The notes beneath the pieces were generated by a model that made no database searches, was not told the origin of the DNA, and saw nothing but the letters and a program-made list of their open reading frames with translations. From SAR202 cluster bacterium bin16 (lineage in GTDB: Bacteria > Chloroflexota > Dehalococcoidia > Lucifugimonadales > Australimonadaceae): DNA of 64,000 bases. Below are positions 58,825 to 64,000 of this stretch, piece by piece. Positions within the stretch are counted from its first letter, which is position 1, and each line of letters opens with the position of its first letter. Position numbers and translations under genes: made by a program. Location of the stretch: the NCBI GenBank assembly GCA_002238425.1, contig MPMJ01000006.1, positions 5,149 through 69,148 of the forward strand. The letters run 5' to 3'.

Positions 58825-59085
58825 ATGAGCAAGAGGTCTGAGCAAGACGCTCTCCTTGTAGCTGCTATCGGGTTTGTCGCTGTCGGTGTCTTTATGGTTG
58901 CAGCGATTCAGAGTGGATTGCTGCCTTGGGCGTTCCTATTCGGCGCACTTGCGTTCACGGCAATGCTAGTACTCTCCCGTGACCTGAAACTTGCTTCTGG
59001 AGTGGGCGGGATCGTCACCGTGCTGATAACGATGATAGGCGTCGCCAATGTCCTTTCTCCAGGATGGCACCAGAACTTGCTTTGA
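58825..59085 (+). CDS. Small 3-TM membrane protein
   Basis: GGAGG RBS; three hydrophobic helices. Confidence 0.55.
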   Translation: MSKRSEQDALLVAAIGFVAVGVFMVAAIQSGLLPWAFLFGALAFTAMLVLSRDLKLASGVGGIVTVLITMIGVANVLSPGWHQNLL

Positions 59086-59120
59086 GGACTGCCTCAAGGG
59101 TCCGGTGTGAGAGAAACGGC

Positions 59121-59276
59121 ATGAGCATCAGGGTGAGGGCAAGGTTCTCCAACGGCGTGCTTATGCCGCTGGAACCGCTCGACCTTGAGGAAGGCCGCGA
59201 ATACGTAATCACCATCGAGTATGAGCCCGTGCCCGACCGCGGCGCTGAAGGCCAACCCGAAGAACCCGCCCCGTGA
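59121..59276 (+). CDS. DUF104-like antitoxin-family protein
   Basis: VRARFSNGVLMPLEPLDLEEG signature; GTGA overlap with the helicase start. Confidence 0.75.
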   Translation: MSIRVRARFSNGVLMPLEPLDLEEGREYVITIEYEPVPDRGAEGQPEEPAP

Positions 59277-62200
59277 ACATCCTCCACGCGCATACCGACC
59301 CGCCTCTGCTGGAGCGCCTCCAGGAGATGCTGGCCGGGTCTGCGCGAGCCGACATTGCGGTCGGCTACTTCTTCATCAGCGGCTTCGGCCCCCTCGCTGA
59401 GAGCCTGTCGCACGGGGGCATGGAGCGGGTGCGCATCCTGGTCGGGCACGTAGACCGGCCCGTGCTGGAGCAGGTGGCCTACGGCCTGCAGCAGGCGGAA
59501 GCGCTCCGTTTGCAGCAGGAGCAGGACGGTCTCGTGCGGCGCAGTGCGCGGGAGGAAGGCGTCCGCCGCGCCGCCGCCAGCGTTGGCGTGGGAGTGTCGC
59601 TCCTTCCGCAGAGTGAGGAGTCAGAGCAAGCGGTCGACACGCTGCGCGATCTCGTAGCCTCCGGCCGGGTGGAAGTGCGCTCGTACCCGCGCGGACCGCT
59701 CCACGCGAAAGCGTACCTCTGCTGGTACGCGAACCATCCCGAACCCGGCTCAGCCGTCGTGGGTTCGTCGAACCTGACGCTTGCGGGGTTCACGCACAAC
59801 ACTGAACTGAACGTGCGGGTGACCGGCGACGCGGAGATGACTGAGTTGGGCCGCTGGTTCGACGAACTGTGGGCGGACTCGGACGACATCGGCAAGGAGT
59901 TGGTGACGCAACTGGACAAGTCGTGGGCGCTGGCGGCCACGACTCCCTACGAGGTCTACCTGAAAGCGCTCTACGAACTGTACGGCGGCCAGATGGGAGA
60001 GGACCTGCCGCTCGACCAGGGGCGCACTGCGGAACTGGCGAACTTCCAGTTGGACGCGGTCAGGCAGGCGCTCAACATGGTTGTCGCGTATGGAGGCTGC
60101 TACATCGGCGACGTGGTGGGGCTCGGCAAGACGTACATCGGCGCGGAGACGCTGCGACAGCTACGAGTGACCTACCCGAACGACGGCCCGCCGCTCATCA
60201 TCTGCCCTCCCGGGCTCATCCCCATGTGGCGCTTCTTCAACGAGCGCTTCGGGCTGGGTGCGGAAGTCATCTCGCACGCCGTCATCAGCGCACCGCCCGA
60301 CCCTGAATTCGACGAAGAGTCCGGCCGCTACCTGGACGAGGATGGAGCGGCCACCGGCGTCGTCCTCGAAGACACCTACCCGAACCGGGGGCCTGTCCTG
60401 GTGGACGAAGCGCACAACTTCCGCAACGTGAACCGGCGGTCGCGGGGACTGCGCCACTACCTCGAATCGGGCAATCACAAGGTCGTGCTGCTGAGCGCAA
60501 CGCCTCAGAACCTCGGTCCCCAGGACATCTATCGCCAAATCAGCCTCTTCCTCGACGATGAGGACCACGGCCTCGACATCGAGCCGGTCAACCTGCCCGA
60601 CTACTTCCGCAACGCGCAGCGGTGGTTCCAGTATCGGACGGAAGAAGAGAACTACAAGGCCGACTACGCCGCATGGGATGCTGGCGGTCGGACGGGCGCC
60701 GCGCCGATGAACAAGCCGGTGGAGCCCGACGTCCCCCCTGCCAGCATAGAAGAGGTGCTGGGGCCGGTGTTCATACGGCGGCGGCGCAAGGACATCAAGG
60801 AGTTGTACGGAGACAGCGCGGAGGTGAACGGCAAGCCCGTCCAGTTCCCCGATCCGGAACTGGACAACCTGACGTACCAGCTCGACAAGGTATATGCGAG
60901 GGCAGGTTCGCTGGCGGAGATACAGGCGCTGATCCAGAGCCACCAGGGAGCGCGCTACCGGGCTGCCCACTATCTCACCAGGGAAGCCGCAAAGCGCCCG
61001 GAATACCGCGACCTCTCCCGTGCAAGTGACCGGATCGCGGGCCTGATGCGCGTGCTGCTGCTCAAGCGGCTGGAGTCGAGCATCGAAGCGTTCCGTTCCA
61101 CGCTGCGGAACCTGATCCAGAGCAATCGCAACTTCGCACAGGCGCTCGCAGGCGGCTACGTTCCCATCGGTCAGACCGCAACGCGGATACTTAACGGGGA
61201 ATCCTTCGACAGCGACAGCCTGCTTGCAGTGCTTGAGGCCGAGGAGCAGCGGAGGCGGGAGCGTGGAGCGCGGCGAGAAACACTCATCCACTCGACACAC
61301 GATTTCCGTGTCGACGAGTGGCAACGGGACCTCGACGCCGACCATGCCGTCCTTCAGGACCTGCTGAGCCGTATGGAGAACGTCGGTCCCGACGACGACG
61401 ACAAGCTGCGAGCACTGCGCGAATTCCTGGACCGCAAAGAGGTACGCTCCGGCAAGGTGCTCATCTTCTCCGAAGCCGAAACAACTATCGAGTATCTGTA
61501 TGGGCAACTTGATCCGAACGACGACATCCCAGAGCTCGAACGGCTCACGGGCAGTAACCGCGATCAGGCCTCAGCAATCGTGCGGCGCTTCTCTCCGCGT
61601 TCGAACCCTTCGAACGTGCGTGTCGCGCAGGAGATAAGAGTCTTGCTGGCAACGGACGTCGTCTCGGAAGGTCAGAACCTGCAGGACTGCGCCCGCGTGC
61701 TCAACTACGACCTCCACTGGAACCCCGTCCGCCTCATCCAGCGGTTCGGGCGCGTCGACCGCATCGGGACGGAGCATGAGGTCATCAACCTCCACAACAT
61801 GTGGCCGGACACCGCCGTCGACGCGGGGCTGGAACTCACAGATCGGCTGCACAACCGCGTGCAGTCGTTCCATGACCTGATAGGGCTGGACAGCAAGTTG
61901 CTCTCCGAGTCCGAACGCCTGAACAACGAGGCGATGTACCGCATCTACGCGGAGAAGGAGATGCCGGAAGCAACGGACGGCTTGGACTCCGTGGCCGCGA
62001 GCCAGCGCGCTATCGCGTTGCTTCAACGCATCAGGGAGAGCGAGCCCGACAAGTGGGAGTGGCTAACCACGCTGCCCGACGGCATCCGCTCAGCCCTGAT
62101 GGGCCGTGGCCCCCGGAGTGTGCTCAGCACGGCAGAGTCCGACAACAACGCAGACTACATCCAGAGACCCATGGAGGTAGACGGAGCGCAGATGCCGCTG

Positions 62201-62785
62201 GTATCGCCATCCACACCCGGTAGCGAGCCGTCCGCCTTTGAGGACCCCCGTCCGGGTGAAACGTTGGTGTTGCTGGCAACCGGCGACGTGAAGGCGTGCT
62301 ATGCCGTGGGAGGCAACCTCGTTCCCCGGCCCATCGGAACCGCCCAGTTCACCGCCGCAGCCGAATGCGAACCGGATACTCCCGCACAACTGCTGCCCGA
62401 GGACACGAACGAGCGCGTTATGGCCGCGTTCGAATCCTTCCGGGAGAGCATCGCCAGGAGGCTTGGCAGTGCACGACGCCCCAGAGGAAGCCGCAGCCGT
62501 CAGTACGTGTCGCGTCAACTGAGGATTGCGCGGGATGCGGAGGACAACCCGGCAACAATCCAACGCATCAACGACCTGCGGCTGATCTTCCAAGGCAGCC
62601 TTCCCGAGCAAGCGGAGCGGGCGTTGGCAGACCTCGCTGCCCATCGGATAGAGGGACAGGCCCTACTGGACCGCCTGAACGCCTTGCGCGAGCGGTACCG
62701 GCTCAACCCGCCGGACAGGCAGGACGCCGACACAGCGGGCGCACCACATGTGGTGCGCATCGTCTGCTCGGACGGGTTGATTTGA
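59273..62785 (+). CDS. PLD nuclease-SNF2-type helicase fusion
   Basis: HAKAY...GSSNLT...NTELN; DVVGLGKT, DEAH, SATP, SEGQNLQ, QRFGRVDR. Confidence 0.9.
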   Translation: MNILHAHTDPPLLERLQEMLAGSARADIAVGYFFISGFGPLAESLSHGGMERVRILVGHVDRPVLEQVAYGLQQAEALRLQQEQDGLVRRSAREEGVRRAAASVGVGVSLLPQSEESEQAVDTLRDLVASGRVEVRSYPRGPLHAKAYLCWYANHPEPGSAVVGSSNLTLAGFTHNTELNVRVTGDAEMTELGRWFDELWADSDDIGKELVTQLDKSWALAATTPYEVYLKALYELYGGQMGEDLPLDQGRTAELANFQLDAVRQALNMVVAYGGCYIGDVVGLGKTYIGAETLRQLRVTYPNDGPPLIICPPGLIPMWRFFNERFGLGAEVISHAVISAPPDPEFDEESGRYLDEDGAATGVVLEDTYPNRGPVLVDEAHNFRNVNRRSRGLRHYLESGNHKVVLLSATPQNLGPQDIYRQISLFLDDEDHGLDIEPVNLPDYFRNAQRWFQYRTEEENYKADYAAWDAGGRTGAAPMNKPVEPDVPPASIEEVLGPVFIRRRRKDIKELYGDSAEVNGKPVQFPDPELDNLTYQLDKVYARAGSLAEIQALIQSHQGARYRAAHYLTREAAKRPEYRDLSRASDRIAGLMRVLLLKRLESSIEAFRSTLRNLIQSNRNFAQALAGGYVPIGQTATRILNGESFDSDSLLAVLEAEEQRRRERGARRETLIHSTHDFRVDEWQRDLDADHAVLQDLLSRMENVGPDDDDKLRALREFLDRKEVRSGKVLIFSEAETTIEYLYGQLDPNDDIPELERLTGSNRDQASAIVRRFSPRSNPSNVRVAQEIRVLLATDVVSEGQNLQDCARVLNYDLHWNPVRLIQRFGRVDRIGTEHEVINLHNMWPDTAVDAGLELTDRLHNRVQSFHDLIGLDSKLLSESERLNNEAMYRIYAEKEMPEATDGLDSVAASQRAIALLQRIRESEPDKWEWLTTLPDGIRSALMGRGPRSVLSTAESDNNADYIQRPMEVDGAQMPLVSPSTPGSEPSAFEDPRPGETLVLLATGDVKACYAVGGNLVPRPIGTAQFTAAAECEPDTPAQLLPEDTNERVMAAFESFRESIARRLGSARRPRGSRSRQYVSRQLRIARDAEDNPATIQRINDLRLIFQGSLPEQAERALADLAAHRIEGQALLDRLNALRERYRLNPPDRQDADTAGAPHVVRIVCSDGLI

Positions 62786-62860
62786 AACGACTGGACAGAG
62801 ACCGGCATGGCGGGCTAGGGCACTCTTGCCCTCGCTCAGTCATCTATGGGTTGGGCAATG

Positions 62861-63766
62861 CTACAATGACATTGCTCCGATACTAACTAGGGCCCCCTCA
62901 GCTGCCTCTAGTGCAGACCTCGCTTCATCCTCTCCGGCTTCTATCCCATCGTGGACGACGGCATTTCGCAATGTATACAGTTCCTTCTCCCATCGTGTAT
63001 GTTCTTCAGTACCAATGAATTCTCTTCCCAAGGCTTTAGGTAAGTGAACCCTGAGAAGGTTGCTTAAGCCTGCGTCTAGCAAGTCCTTGACACTGTCTCT
63101 CGAATAGGCCGGTTGTATATGGCCTTCAGTTGTTCGACTTACTCTTGACAAGTAGTAGCGGGTGAGGATTCGGTCGACGCCAACCTCGAATGCTGTTTCT
63201 GCTTCTATGACAGCAACTCGGTAGTCTTCGAAGAGTACTGAACGCTTAGCATTGAGAAATAGTACGTCCACTACTGGGAGAGGACGCTCGTACGCCAAGT
63301 CTCTCAAGGCATCACTGCTCATCATCGCCTTACGAGACATTGTAAGGCCGAGCCCCATATCGAATCTGGCCGAATGTTGCTCAGTAATACTGCCATCGTC
63401 TTCGATTCCAAATATTCCATGTGCCGTATCACTGAGCCCCAACTCATGTATCGGGATATGCCCAACATGGAATTCCTTGGTTGCGACGCGATACACATCC
63501 AGGAGCCTGTTGATAGCTTTATGGGCTGTACTGGTTAATTCGTCGATGTCATCGCCTGTAGTAGAATACGGGAAACGAACTGCTATTCTTGTGTAGGACA
63601 CTCGGCCTAGGCGGTCATGCTTTATCTCGACGTTCTTGCTACCGCCACGCCAAGATCGTTCGAATTGTATCTCGTAGTCTTGCCCATCAATGCGGAGTGG
63701 CAACCAGCCTGCCTCGCCCCATATCAACGCGTAGGGAATCTCAGCAGTGAATACTGTGGATGGCAT
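62861..63766 (-). CDS. HEPN-like (Apea-type) protein
   Basis: AETAFE and RNAVVH (Rx4H); lower GC. Confidence 0.6.
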   Translation of the reverse strand: MPSTVFTAEIPYALIWGEAGWLPLRIDGQDYEIQFERSWRGGSKNVEIKHDRLGRVSYTRIAVRFPYSTTGDDIDELTSTAHKAINRLLDVYRVATKEFHVGHIPIHELGLSDTAHGIFGIEDDGSITEQHSARFDMGLGLTMSRKAMMSSDALRDLAYERPLPVVDVLFLNAKRSVLFEDYRVAVIEAETAFEVGVDRILTRYYLSRVSRTTEGHIQPAYSRDSVKDLLDAGLSNLLRVHLPKALGREFIGTEEHTRWEKELYTLRNAVVHDGIEAGEDEARSALEAAEGALVSIGAMSL

Positions 63767-64000
63767 ATGTCCCTCCCAACACAGGAGACATTGTACTGCC
63801 TGATGAAGCCCCTCGTGACCGCGCCTGTTATCATGAGCACGGAGCCGGTTCCCGACGCGGGACTCCTGGTAGCGTCTCCGGTTCGGTCTCCGGCATTCCC
63901 CAGCCGTCATCGACCAGGTACTCCTCGGTGGTGGACTCGGCGTCCCGCCCGCGCTGCCGCGAACACTGACTCCACCGTCTCCGCCTCATCCTCGTCGCCG

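Noticed and set aside
712-62886. Many long overlapping or antisense ORFs (e.g. 712-2028, 7422-9014, 18940-21138, 49738-52047)
   Set aside because: These are shadow frames typical of high-GC DNA, overlapping well-supported genes.

Overview
High-GC bacterial chromosomal window. The gene content (two phthalate-dioxygenase-type Rieske oxygenases, amidohydrolase_2 enzymes, CoxL-like, CaiB, tripartite tricarboxylate transporter) suggests a SAR202/Dehalococcoidia-like Chloroflexota genome; this is inference only. The backbone carries dppBC, rnpB, lipB, purH (transformylase only), branched-chain 2-oxoacid dehydrogenase E1a/E1b/E2, thiI, fhs and ligJ. It is peppered with REP-like palindromes of several families and with many small toxin-antitoxin cassettes. 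Main observations: (1) a defence island at about 53-64 kb where an Eco57I-like methyltransferase carries a C-terminal antitoxin-like tail directly upstream of relE, followed by a PLD-SNF2 helicase and a HEPN-like gene; (2) several mini-cassettes flanked by 20-25 bp duplications of host gene or rnpB ends; (3) a 2.9-kb IS903-like cargo transposon with terminal inverted repeats and a 10-bp target duplication, inserted in a REP palindrome; (4) an orphan phage terminase behind a promoter-terminator leader; (5) a large serine recombinase lacking its catalytic residues; (6) REP palindromes translated in-frame inside E2. No CRISPR array, tRNA or rRNA was seen. Family calls come from motif recognition by eye, not database searches.
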